A program made the position numbers and the translations under genes. Shown here piece by piece: positions 11,629 through 21,096 of a stretch of DNA of 64,000 bases; position 1 is the stretch's first letter, and every line of letters starts with the position of its first letter. Below the pieces are notes generated by a model that was not told where the DNA came from, did no database searches, and saw only the letters and a list, made by a program, of their open reading frames with translations. The DNA is from an uncultured bacterium (lineage in GTDB: Bacteria > Bacillota_I > Bacilli_A > RFN20 > CAG-826): the NCBI GenBank assembly GCA_949283025.1, contig CASDRB010000010.1, positions 226-64,225 on the forward strand. Direction: 5' to 3'.

Positions 11629-11654
11629 ACCTCTAGAAATAGAGGTTTTCTTTT
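11629..11654 (+). terminator. Intrinsic terminator after lysS
   Basis: ACCTCTA-gaaa-TAGAGGT then TTTCTTTT. Confidence 0.7.
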
Positions 11655-11749
11655 CGACTTTTTTGCTTTTTAAAACCTATAAATATTGTAAGGAAACGAG
11701 AAAAATTTCAACTTTACTAATGATATATACTTATGTATAATACATTATG

Positions 11750-11823
11750 CGTGTATATCAACACGTTTACTCTCTGCTATTATATATTTGATAATAGCCA
11801 GAAGACCAAAGGGAGGTGTACGG
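11750..11823 (+). promoter_or_regulatory. S6:S18 ribosomal-protein autoregulatory leader of rpsF
   Basis: CTCTCT pairs with the SD AGGGAG; inner hairpin GCTATTAT/ATAATAGC followed by CCA (CCR motif); directly 5' of rpsF-ssb-rpsR. Confidence 0.7.
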
Positions 11824-12114
11824 ATGAAAAAATACGAAATCATGTACATTTTAAGAGCAGACTTAGATGAAACCGCTCGCAATGAAGCTCTCGCTAAAGT
11901 CAATTCTATTCTCACCGATAATGGTGCTGAAATTGTTAGCGTTGACGAAAAGATGGGATTAAGAGATTTAGCTTATCCTATCGATGACGAGGTTAAAGGT
12001 TACTATGTCATCTTAAAAGTTAATGCGGAAAACGTCGCTTTAAAAGAGTTCGATCGTTTAGTAAAAATCAACCGCAATGTGTTACGTCATTTAATTCTCG
12101 TTGACGAACAATAA
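11824..12114 (+). CDS. rpsF: 30S ribosomal protein S6
   Basis: MKKYEIMYILR, G.R.LAYPI; start moved to the ATG after SD GGAGG. Confidence 0.97.
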   Translation: MKKYEIMYILRADLDETARNEALAKVNSILTDNGAEIVSVDEKMGLRDLAYPIDDEVKGYYVILKVNAENVALKEFDRLVKINRNVLRHLILVDEQ

Positions 12115-12131
12115 TTTTAAGGAGAAAACAA

Positions 12132-12566
12132 ATGATTAATCGTGTTATTTTAGTGGGTCGTTTAGTCAGAGATCCAGAATTAAGAAAAGTTACATCTGGC
12201 AATTCAGTTAGTTCTTTTACAATTGCTATCGATAATTGGGGAAAAGACGCTAATGGAAACAAAACAACATCGTTTATTCCTTGCGTCGTTTGGGGACAAT
12301 CTGCTGACAATGTCAGCAAATATGCTCGCAAAGGCATGCTTGTCGGTGTTGATGGACGTTTAAGTCAAAGAAAATACGATCGCAAAGATGGCACGAAAGC
12401 GTCAGTAATAGAAATTATTTGTGACTCTGTTCAATTCTTAGAACCTAAAGATGAATCAGCAGTCCAAAATCAATCATCTTCAGAATTTGATATTTCACAA
12501 GATAGCGTCGATGATTCTAAAAATTTAGACAGCATTGATATTCCTGATGATGATTTACCATTTTAG
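12132..12566 (+). CDS. ssb: Single-stranded DNA-binding protein
   Basis: [18 protein letters not shown]-terminal DDDLPF. Confidence 0.97.
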   Translation: MINRVILVGRLVRDPELRKVTSGNSVSSFTIAIDNWGKDANGNKTTSFIPCVVWGQSADNVSKYARKGMLVGVDGRLSQRKYDRKDGTKASVIEIICDSVQFLEPKDESAVQNQSSSEFDISQDSVDDSKNLDSIDIPDDDLPF

Positions 12567-12583
12567 AAAGGAAACTTATTGAT

Positions 12584-12811
12584 ATGGCTTTTAAAAAAGT
12601 TAGACCACATAAAAAATTTTGTTATTTTAAGAAAAATAACATTAAACATATCGATTATAAAGATGTCGAAATGTTAAAAATGTTTATTGCTCCAAATGGC
12701 AAAATTTCTCCACGTCGTACGACTGGCACATGTGCTAAACATCAAAGAGAGTTAGCTCGTGCGATTAAAAATGCTCGTTATATGGCATTATTACCATACG
12801 TTGCAGACTAA
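12584..12811 (+). CDS. rpsR: 30S ribosomal protein S18
   Basis: IDYKDV..L..F, GKI.PRRTTG, AIKNAR.MALLPY. Confidence 0.97.
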   Translation: MAFKKVRPHKKFCYFKKNNIKHIDYKDVEMLKMFIAPNGKISPRRTTGTCAKHQRELARAIKNARYMALLPYVAD

Positions 12812-12830
12812 AAAATAGATATTAAAAAAT

Positions 12831-12854
12831 AAGGTCTCATTGAGACCTTTTTTT
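12831..12854 (+). terminator. Intrinsic terminator after rpsR
   Basis: AAGGTCTC-att-GAGACCTT followed by T-tract. Confidence 0.8.
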
Positions 12855-12971
12855 GTTATATAATTTTTGTAGAAAAAATGTAAATAAAATTTTTGATTAG
12901 TTATCATTGTTTATATAAATGTTTTAATAAATGACTAAATCATTTATAATTATTTAAGCAAACGAGGAATT

Positions 12972-14999
12972 ATGGGAAAAACAATACATCGCATTAGAAT
13001 ATTCGCTTTCATCTTAATACTTATTGAACTTTTAATTTTAGTAGCTTTTTGTGTTTTATATTTTGCTAATGTTTTTAATTTAAGAAATATTATTAACGAC
13101 GAGTATATTATTATTGGATCAGCTATTTTAGTATTTTTTGATTGTTTGTTTGTCTGGGGGAGCGTTATTTATTTATCGTTTTTAAGGCAAAAAACAGATT
13201 TAAAAGCAGCAGAAGTTTTAGGTAGCGATATTCAAGCCGCTTATAATTTTGCAATGCTTGGTTTAGCGGTAATTAATGAACAAAATATCGTCATTTGGAC
13301 CAACGACTTATTTAAAGATAGAAATATTAATATTATTGACTTAGATATATACAAGTGGAAACCAGAACTCAATCAGTTAAACGATAATTTGGATGGGAAA
13401 GTTGTTAAAATTCAAGAAAATAATAGAACTTATGATGTTAAATTATTATCAGAAGCTGGATTATTTATTTTTAAAGATGTAACTGACTTAGAAGGTTCAA
13501 TCGCCTATTCAAGAGATCAAGCCCCAGTGGTTGGCTTGTTAGCTATTGATAATTACGCTGATGTGGTTGGGACTGAAGAAGATTTTAATGATTCAATTAC
13601 AAAAGTAAAAAGTGCTATGCTAGCTTATGCTAAAGATTTTGGTATTCTTTTAAGACGTTATCGAAACGACACCTATTTTATTTTGACCAATTATAAAACG
13701 TTAGAAAAAATGAAAGAAGATGGTTTTTCTTTGGTCAATAAAGTTCGCGATATTGAAAAAGACGAAGATGTTCCTTTAACTTTATCAATTGGTATTGCTC
13801 ACAATTTTCCCGATGTTGTCAAATTATCTGAATTGGCAGAAAGCGCGATGCAAATTGCTGTTTCGCGTGGTGGCGACCAAGTGGTTTTAATGAAATATGG
13901 CAGCGAGATGGAATTTATTGGTGGAAAAACAGAAGCCCAAGAAAAACGAAATCGTGTCAAAATACGTTTTTTAGCTGACTCGTTAATGTCTTTAATTAAA
14001 CAATCTAATAATGTCATTATTATGGGTCATAAAATGGCCGACATGGATGCTTTTGGAGCTTGCTTGGGCATTAAAGCAATCTGCGATCGTTTAGAAAAGC
14101 CTTCATTAATTGCTTTAGATTTTAAAGAAACAGAATATAAAACTAGATCGGCCATTACATCAAACTTTTCAAAAGACGAATTAGAAAAATTAATAGTATC
14201 TATTAAAGATGCCGAAAATAAAGTTGGTTCAAACACATTAATAGTTGTTGTTGATGTTCACTCTCCATTGATGGTTATGGCGCCTAATATCATCGAAAAA
14301 GCAAATAAGATTGTTATTATTGACCATCATCGTCGTAGCGAAAACTACATAGAAGATACTGTTTTTGACCACATTGATCCATCAGCTTCCTCAACATGTG
14401 AAATTATTGCTGAATTTATTCATTTTGCTTCCATATCTCCTAAAATTAATTTGCCTTCTTTGTATGCGACTATCATGTTATCAGGTATCTTTTTGGACTC
14501 ACATTTCTTCAAAGCCAAAAATGTTGGTATTAGAACTTTTGAAGCTTGTACATTTTTAAAAGAATTTGGTGCTGACAACGCTAAGGCCGATGAATTGTTA
14601 AAAGATGATTATGAAGAGCACATGATGGTCAACAAAATTATTTCTAATATTTCAACACCAGTTCCAGGTGTAGTTTATGCTATTGCTCCAACCGATATTA
14701 TTTTTGATGATGCTACTTTAGCAAAAGCAGCTAATGAACTTCTTCAAATTAAATCAATCAATGCCGCTTTTGTCGTTGGCAAAACTAGTAATAAAACCAT
14801 TAAAATGTCATGCCGAAGCGATTCGACCATCAATGTTCAATTGTTGGCTGAAAAAATGGGTGGCGGTGGACATTTTGCAGCAGCAGCTGTCTTATTCCAA
14901 ACTACTGATTTTTCAACCGTTGAGGATACGCTTAAAGCGGTTTTAGCTACTTCATTAAACGAAGCCAGAACCGAAAAAAGAAACAAGGAGGATAAATAA
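12972..14999 (+). CDS. gdpP: c-di-AMP phosphodiesterase GdpP (TM, PAS-like, degenerate GGDEF, DHH/DHHA1)
   Basis: 2 TMs, RGGDQV, MGH..ADMD, IDHHR, ASSTCE, GGGGH; upstream of rplI. Confidence 0.92.
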   Translation: MGKTIHRIRIFAFILILIELLILVAFCVLYFANVFNLRNIINDEYIIIGSAILVFFDCLFVWGSVIYLSFLRQKTDLKAAEVLGSDIQAAYNFAMLGLAVINEQNIVIWTNDLFKDRNINIIDLDIYKWKPELNQLNDNLDGKVVKIQENNRTYDVKLLSEAGLFIFKDVTDLEGSIAYSRDQAPVVGLLAIDNYADVVGTEEDFNDSITKVKSAMLAYAKDFGILLRRYRNDTYFILTNYKTLEKMKEDGFSLVNKVRDIEKDEDVPLTLSIGIAHNFPDVVKLSELAESAMQIAVSRGGDQVVLMKYGSEMEFIGGKTEAQEKRNRVKIRFLADSLMSLIKQSNNVIIMGHKMADMDAFGACLGIKAICDRLEKPSLIALDFKETEYKTRSAITSNFSKDELEKLIVSIKDAENKVGSNTLIVVVDVHSPLMVMAPNIIEKANKIVIIDHHRRSENYIEDTVFDHIDPSASSTCEIIAEFIHFASISPKINLPSLYATIMLSGIFLDSHFFKAKNVGIRTFEACTFLKEFGADNAKADELLKDDYEEHMMVNKIISNISTPVPGVVYAIAPTDIIFDDATLAKAANELLQIKSINAAFVVGKTSNKTIKMSCRSDSTINVQLLAEKMGGGGHFAAAAVLFQTTDFSTVEDTLKAVLATSLNEARTEKRNKEDK

Positions 15000-15000
15000 T

Positions 15001-15450
15001 ATGAAAGTTATCATGCTTAAAGATGTAAAAAATGTAGGTAAAAAAGACCAAATTGTTGATGTTAGCACTGGATATGCTTCTAATTATTTATTTCCTAGGA
15101 AATTAGCGGTTATGTACACTGATAAAAGTTCACAAATTTTAGACCAGCAAAAAGCCGACCGAGAAGCTCACGAAGCACAATTAAAAAAACAAGCCGAAGA
15201 ACTTAAAGTTAAATTAGCGGATATAACATTAGAATTTAAAGCTAAAACTGGAAAAGACGGAAAGATGTTTGGCACTATTTCCATTAAACAAGTTTGTGAA
15301 TTATTAAAATCTAAGTATGGATACGATATTGATAAACGCAAATTTGTTGATAAAACTACCATCGATTGTTTGGGCGTTGTGATTTTAAAAAATGAACTTT
15401 ATAAAGGTGTTATTGCAGAAATAAAAGTTCATGTCAGTGAGGAAAAATAA
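15001..15450 (+). CDS. rplI: 50S ribosomal protein L9
   Basis: MKVI.LKDV..VGKK, GYA.NYL.P, GKMFG. Confidence 0.97.
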   Translation: MKVIMLKDVKNVGKKDQIVDVSTGYASNYLFPRKLAVMYTDKSSQILDQQKADREAHEAQLKKQAEELKVKLADITLEFKAKTGKDGKMFGTISIKQVCELLKSKYGYDIDKRKFVDKTTIDCLGVVILKNELYKGVIAEIKVHVSEEK

Positions 15451-15451
15451 A

Positions 15452-16966
15452 ATGGCTAAAAATCAAAGCAAAAGTTATCAAGATTTGCCATGTTCTATTG
15501 AAGCCGAGAAAGCTGTTTTAGGTTCGGCGATGATGAGCCAAGAAGCTTTATACAACGTTATGTCTTCTTTGCAGCAAGAAGATTTTTATAGTTTAAAACA
15601 TCAAAAAATTTATATTGCTATTGCTAATTTAATGGCTAAAAAAAGCGCAGTGGATGCCATGACGGTGTTTGAAGAATTAGACAATCTTAAAGTTGCTCAA
15701 GAAGTGGGTGGCGTCGATTATTTAAAAGAATTGCTAGATGCTGTTTTATCTTTTGCTAATTTGCAATTTTATATTGATATTATTGTCGATCAATCTGTTT
15801 TAAGGAAAATGTTATTGACGATTAGAGAAATAGATAGAGAATATCGCGAAGAAAAAATTGATGATTTAAATGATTTCATTTTGTCTAGTGAAGGTAAATT
15901 TAAAGATTCTATTGCTAGACGTCACATTTCCAGTTTTGCTTCAATGGAAGAAGTAACTAATGTTATCGAATCCAAATTAAACGCTCAAAAAGAGTTGCCA
16001 TATGATCAAAGCGAGGTAATTGGATTAAATACTGGGTATCCTGGCATTAATAAATTAACACAAGGCTTCCAAAAAGGCGAGATGACCGTTATTGCAGCCA
16101 GACCATCTGTTGGCAAAACAGCGTTAGCATTAAATTTTGCATATCATGTCGCCACAAAATCTGATGTGCCTGTCGCTATTTTTTCATTGGAAATGACATC
16201 TGAATCTTTGGTAAGAAGAATAATTGCTTCGGTTAGTTGTGTTTCTTTAAAAGACATTAACATTGGTCGTTTTAAAGGTACTGATCGTGCCAAAGTTGCT
16301 GCTGCTATTAAAGAAGTGAGCAACGCTAAAATATTTATCGATGAATCTAGCTCTATTAAAATGCTTGATATTGTAGCTAAAACTAGAAAATTGCAAGCGG
16401 CTCACCCTAATTTAGGGTTAGTAGTTATCGATTATCTTGGTTTAGTTCAATTAGGTGGAAAATCTGTCAGTAGAAGCGCTGATTCACGAACAGAAGAAGT
16501 AAGAAAAATTTCTTTAGCTATTAAAGAAATGGCTAAAGAGTTACAAATACCTGTCGTTGTTGTGTCACAGTTATCTAGAGATGTTGAAAAACGCGATGTT
16601 AAAAAACCAATGTTATCTGATTTAAGAGATTCAGGCGCAATTGAACAAGATGCCGATGTCGTCATGCTTTTGTATCGCGAAGATTATTATAATGAACAAA
16701 AAAAGATTTCTGCTGCTAATAAAAAACCAGGTCAATTAACTAAAGCTGAACAATTCGAATTGGCTAAAGCACAAAAAGAAAAAGAATTAGGAGAATCTAT
16801 TCCTGGTTCTGCTTCTTATGTTGAAGTTAATATTGCTAAAAACCGAAATGGTCAAGTCGGTAAAGTGCCATTGTTTTTTTATAAAGAATATGGTCGATTC
16901 GATTCGCCAAGCCAAGCGTGGATTGATCAAATGAAAGCAATAGTAGAGGAAAGTGATCCAGATTAA
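15452..16966 (+). CDS. dnaB: Replicative DNA helicase (DnaB; DnaC in Bacillus nomenclature)
   Basis: AARPSVGKT, FSLEM, IDYL, SQLSR, DLRDSGAIEQDAD, AKNRNG. Confidence 0.97.
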   Translation: MAKNQSKSYQDLPCSIEAEKAVLGSAMMSQEALYNVMSSLQQEDFYSLKHQKIYIAIANLMAKKSAVDAMTVFEELDNLKVAQEVGGVDYLKELLDAVLSFANLQFYIDIIVDQSVLRKMLLTIREIDREYREEKIDDLNDFILSSEGKFKDSIARRHISSFASMEEVTNVIESKLNAQKELPYDQSEVIGLNTGYPGINKLTQGFQKGEMTVIAARPSVGKTALALNFAYHVATKSDVPVAIFSLEMTSESLVRRIIASVSCVSLKDINIGRFKGTDRAKVAAAIKEVSNAKIFIDESSSIKMLDIVAKTRKLQAAHPNLGLVVIDYLGLVQLGGKSVSRSADSRTEEVRKISLAIKEMAKELQIPVVVVSQLSRDVEKRDVKKPMLSDLRDSGAIEQDADVVMLLYREDYYNEQKKISAANKKPGQLTKAEQFELAKAQKEKELGESIPGSASYVEVNIAKNRNGQVGKVPLFFYKEYGRFDSPSQAWIDQMKAIVEESDPD

Positions 16967-17715
16967 TGTATTTTAATATCATCGCTTCTGGTTCAAAAGG
17001 CAACGCAACTTTAATTAAAGAAAAAAACACCCTCATCTTAATTGATATGGGTGTTTCTTTAACAACATTAACTCAAGGATTAAAAAAAATTAATCAAACC
17101 TTAGATGATATTGATGCATGTTTTTTTACTCATGATCATAGCGATCATATCAAAGGTGTTCAATATTTAAAAAACAAGAAATTATATGCTTTAAAAGGAA
17201 CATTGAAGGGTATTTATCACGAATTAAAACTAAATACACCAATTCAAATAAAAGATATTACAATTACACCAGTTTTAACATCGCATGATGCTATTAATCC
17301 ATGTGGATTTATAGTTGAGTCCTTACAAGAGAAATTGGTTTATATTACTGATACTGGATATATTCCTGAATCAACTCTAAATTTGATTAAGCATCCTACA
17401 TATTTAATTATTGAATCTAATCATGATGTATCTATGTTAATGAAATCGAACCGTTCAATGGACTTAAAAAGACGCATTTTAAGTGACTTAGGTCATCTGT
17501 GCAATGAAGATGCAGCTATTTATGCTTGCAATATAATTAACGAACAATGCAAGCAAATTGTATTAGCCCATTTAAGCGAAGAATGCAATCAACCACAAGT
17601 TGCGATTAAATCTTGGAAAACAATTTTTGATTACTACCATATTGATTTTGATAAATTTAATATTGTTACTGCTTGGCAATATCAAAGCACTATTGGAGGT
17701 CAATATGAAAATTAA
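16966..17715 (+). CDS. MBL-fold metallo-hydrolase, YycJ/WalJ-like
   Basis: ASGSKGN, THDHSDH, SHDA, TDTG, ESNHD, LAHLSEE. Confidence 0.88.
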   Translation: MYFNIIASGSKGNATLIKEKNTLILIDMGVSLTTLTQGLKKINQTLDDIDACFFTHDHSDHIKGVQYLKNKKLYALKGTLKGIYHELKLNTPIQIKDITITPVLTSHDAINPCGFIVESLQEKLVYITDTGYIPESTLNLIKHPTYLIIESNHDVSMLMKSNRSMDLKRRILSDLGHLCNEDAAIYACNIINEQCKQIVLAHLSEECNQPQVAIKSWKTIFDYYHIDFDKFNIVTAWQYQSTIGGQYEN

Positions 17716-18184
17716 TTTATTTGTAGTTGGAAAAATCAAAGATATTAATTTAAACGCTATGATACAAGAATTCATTAAAAGATTATCTAGTTACGCAACA
17801 ATAAATATAGAGGAAATAAATGATGAATCATTGCCAGATAAACCAAATGAGTCAGAAATCAAAAAAGCAGTTGAAATTGAAGGCGAAAAAATATTAAAAA
17901 AAGTTGAAAAAATGCAATACGTAATTATTTTTGATTTAGTATCATATCAGCCAAATAGTGTTGAATTTGCAAAGATTTTACAAGCTAAGATAGATTTGTT
18001 TGGTTCAAAAATAGGATTTGTTATCGGCGGTTCTTATGGCTTAAGTGACAATGTTAAAAAACGCGCAAATTTAGCGATAGGATTATCTAATTTGACATTC
18101 ACTCACCAAATGGCTAGATTAATTGTTTTAGAACAAATTTATCGCGCATTTAAAATTAATCATAACGAGGTGTATCACAAATGA
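17705..18184 (+). CDS. rlmH: 23S rRNA pseudouridine-1915 N3-methyltransferase
   Basis: MKI...VGK.K, FVIGGSYG, LTFTHQMARL...EQIYRAF.I...YHK; start at the ATG after GGAGG. Confidence 0.95.
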   Translation: MKINLFVVGKIKDINLNAMIQEFIKRLSSYATINIEEINDESLPDKPNESEIKKAVEIEGEKILKKVEKMQYVIIFDLVSYQPNSVEFAKILQAKIDLFGSKIGFVIGGSYGLSDNVKKRANLAIGLSNLTFTHQMARLIVLEQIYRAFKINHNEVYHK

Positions 18185-18519
18185 AAATTAAATTTTGGTC
18201 GCATTTAAAACAACTTAAAGATAACAACAATCCATTTTGCTATTTATTTGAATACGATAACGGAGATCAATTTTATATTGAACCTATTTTTTATACTAAA
18301 TTAAGAAATCTTTTAGATATATATCCTCAATATGAAAATGCAATTTTAGACGAGATGGAAAAAAGAGTTAAAAAAAATCATCGAGTCGTTTTTGTTGGGA
18401 CATTTGAATATCCTCAAACAGAAGTCGATGATTTTATTTTTTTAGAAATAGAAGATATAACTGATTCTTTAAAAATTTATGTTGAAGATAAATCTAGAGG
18501 ATCAGATTATGGCGATTAG
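18181..18519 (+). CDS. Hypothetical acidic protein, translationally coupled to rlmH
   Basis: 112-aa ORF, ATGA overlap, SD GAGGTG inside the rlmH 3' end; no recognised motif. Confidence 0.7.
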   Translation: MKIKFWSHLKQLKDNNNPFCYLFEYDNGDQFYIEPIFYTKLRNLLDIYPQYENAILDEMEKRVKKNHRVVFVGTFEYPQTEVDDFIFLEIEDITDSLKIYVEDKSRGSDYGD

Positions 18520-19631
18520 CGGATTTGTGGTTTTAATTGTCGCATCGTCAACCACATAATTCTAACGCCTAGTAAAATAATAAAGAACATTAATGCTCCT
18601 TGTGGGAAAATAAATCCGATTATCATTCCTAATAAACCAGGTGTGAATGAAGCCCATGCATTGATTTTTTGACATTCCATAAACTTTAAAACACGGAACA
18701 CATTCTTTTTGCCACGAGTTAATAAGAAAATCATTAACCCCATGAAAATTGATAAGGCAAAATAAATACCTAAGGCTAACAAAGAAGTATAAATAGTTGA
18801 AGTGTTTCTTGTTGTGATGAATGTTTCATCTAAAAATGTTTTCCAGTTATTTAAAACCGATTTTGTGTAATTTGGATCGCTCAAATAATCGTTATAATCG
18901 GTTGACAATACCTTATCATTAAAACCACCTGTAATAGCAAAAGAAGCAATAGAAGTGCCTTCTTTCATAGTTAAAAAATCACCAGCAGTTGACGCTATTG
19001 ATGTTGTCGAATTTGGTTGAAAGAAGTTAACGACAATATAATTTTGATTCATCAAAATGAATGAAGGTGTATAAGGCGTTGCGCTTGGAGCATCTTCACT
19101 TGAAGAACTACTAGAAGGTTGGACACTATCAACATATTTATTAGTGGTTCCTACTTCATATCGATTATTGCCAATTGTCTCTTGAAATTTATTAAAATCA
19201 GATCCGGTTTCATGAGTGTAGTAAACCAACAAATCATATTGATTAGTTAATTTGTTTACATATGCATATTGGACTGTTTCATTACCATATCCATATTTTT
19301 CTTTCCACGAACCATTTTCATCAATTAATTGATGATTAGCATTGATGACTAAGTCAATATCGTTTTCCACCAAATTCATTGCAAAGGCAGTACCAGTAAT
19401 ATCGAATCCATAATTATTGCTAGATAATAAACTTGATCCGTATTGACTCATTCCATTTGTTACAATTGGAATAACAGGCAAGCAAATCGCTAATACAAAA
19501 AATATTAAAGCGACCCACCATGGGTTATGACGAGCGCCATTTATAGCGCGTTGATTGGAGTATAAACTCCCGAAGATATTTTTTAAGTTTTCTTTTGTCT
19601 CAGGGGACATCTTTTTTCTTTGTTTTTTCAT
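18516..19631 (-). CDS. Membrane protein, possibly DUF1189/MalA-like, with a large external domain and poly-Ser linker
   Basis: One N-terminal TM (PWWVALIFF), ~220-aa loop containing PSSSSSSEDAPSATP, three C-terminal TMs; topology resembles DUF1189. Confidence 0.6.
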   Translation of the reverse strand: MKKQRKKMSPETKENLKNIFGSLYSNQRAINGARHNPWWVALIFFVLAICLPVIPIVTNGMSQYGSSLLSSNNYGFDITGTAFAMNLVENDIDLVINANHQLIDENGSWKEKYGYGNETVQYAYVNKLTNQYDLLVYYTHETGSDFNKFQETIGNNRYEVGTTNKYVDSVQPSSSSSSEDAPSATPYTPSFILMNQNYIVVNFFQPNSTTSIASTAGDFLTMKEGTSIASFAITGGFNDKVLSTDYNDYLSDPNYTKSVLNNWKTFLDETFITTRNTSTIYTSLLALGIYFALSIFMGLMIFLLTRGKKNVFRVLKFMECQKINAWASFTPGLLGMIIGFIFPQGALMFFIILLGVRIMWLTMRQLKPQIR

Positions 19632-19677
19632 AGCAATTTCTTATTTTATGAGAAAATCATCTATTTTACAAATAGAA

Positions 19678-20988
19678 TTATATATTTTCTTTATCATTCA
19701 TTTGATTATTTTGATTGTTGTCATCTTTTTTGTGCCTATAAAGTAGTTTTAATAAAATAGGCGCTATTAATGATGAAGCAATGATTAATATGATAACAAA
19801 TGGCATGATTGAATCATCTAATAGTTCACCTTCGATACCTTTTGTAGCGCATACGATGACAACCTCTGCTCTAACCATCATACCAACACCAATAATTGTT
19901 GAATCTTTTAAATTATTTTTGGTAATTAGCCCACCAATTCCAGCACCAATTACTTTTGATAACAATCCAACAATTACAAACAAAATTCCAAACAATATAA
20001 AGTTACTTGTTATGCCATTTAAATCCCATAGCATTAATCCGATACTTGCAAAAAATACTGGTGAAAATAATAAACTAGTTTCCCCATCAGTCTTATAATC
20101 AATATATTCTTTGGATTTAGTTTTCGAAATCATTAATCCTGCCATAAATGCACCAGTAATATCAGCAACACCAAATATACTTTCGGCCACATAAGCTAAA
20201 ATAAAAGCTAGACCAAAACCAAAAATAGGGATGCGGCGGTGGCGAGGCCATTTATTATTTAACCATGAAAACAATTTATTAATTGGCCACCAAAGCAAAG
20301 CGCACATTGCAAAGAAACCTATCATGAACAAAACGACATATAGAATATCTAAATTAGAGTTTCCGCTTGTTCCGATGAATGGGACGTTTCCTCCGCTAGT
20401 ATTGGTGGCACCCAATGATAAAACAACCGACAATAAAATAATGCCTATAATATCATCCAAAATAGCCGCGCTTTCAATAATGACCCCAACTTTTGAATCT
20501 AATTTGCCTAATTCTTTTAAAACTGATACGGTAATTGAAATGGATGTAGCAGTTAATAAAACCCCATAAAAAATATTTGTCCATGGATTATTATTTGGGA
20601 AGATTAAAAAAGCTAATCCTGCCCCCATTCCTAAAGGTACTAATACGCCTAAAGAAGTAACTATCAAACTGGCAATTCCTGAAGACTTTATTTTTTGCAA
20701 ATCGGTTTCCATTCCTGCTGAAAACATGATTAAAATGACACCTATTTTGGCGATAAAATCGATGCCAGCAGTAGTAGAATCGGTGAAAATGGTTTGATTT
20801 GGAATAAGAGTAATAGCTCCTAATGCAATGCCAGAAATCAAAAAACCAATTACTTGAGGCATACCAATTTTTTTGCAAAATATAGATAATACTTTAGCAA
20901 AAATTATTATTAGCCCCAACGGCAATAGAATCATGTAAGGTTCGCTTGAATTAGTAATGGATGAGAAAAAATGCATAATTGTATTCAT
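19678..20988 (-). CDS. Cation:proton antiporter (CPA2, NapA/KefB-like)
   Basis: ~12 TMs; G.PQVIG, MFSAGMETD, ATSISIT..VLKELG, AAILDDI, GAFMAG, P.FFASIG. Confidence 0.9.
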   Translation of the reverse strand: MNTIMHFFSSITNSSEPYMILLPLGLIIIFAKVLSIFCKKIGMPQVIGFLISGIALGAITLIPNQTIFTDSTTAGIDFIAKIGVILIMFSAGMETDLQKIKSSGIASLIVTSLGVLVPLGMGAGLAFLIFPNNNPWTNIFYGVLLTATSISITVSVLKELGKLDSKVGVIIESAAILDDIIGIILLSVVLSLGATNTSGGNVPFIGTSGNSNLDILYVVLFMIGFFAMCALLWWPINKLFSWLNNKWPRHRRIPIFGFGLAFILAYVAESIFGVADITGAFMAGLMISKTKSKEYIDYKTDGETSLLFSPVFFASIGLMLWDLNGITSNFILFGILFVIVGLLSKVIGAGIGGLITKNNLKDSTIIGVGMMVRAEVVIVCATKGIEGELLDDSIMPFVIILIIASSLIAPILLKLLYRHKKDDNNQNNQMNDKENI

Positions 20989-21096
20989 AGCATTGTTATT
21001 TTACTCCGTCATTTGAATGTTTCAAGCAAAAAAAGTGTAATTTACATTTTATATAATATTTGATAATATTAGTATACCTCAAATGAGGTAGAATCT

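Noticed and set aside
18167..18184. rlmH (orfX) 3' end GAGGTGTATCACAAATGA resembles the SCCmec attB site
   Set aside because: The similarity follows from the conserved E.YHK C-terminus. I saw no second copy, ccr recombinase or island downstream.
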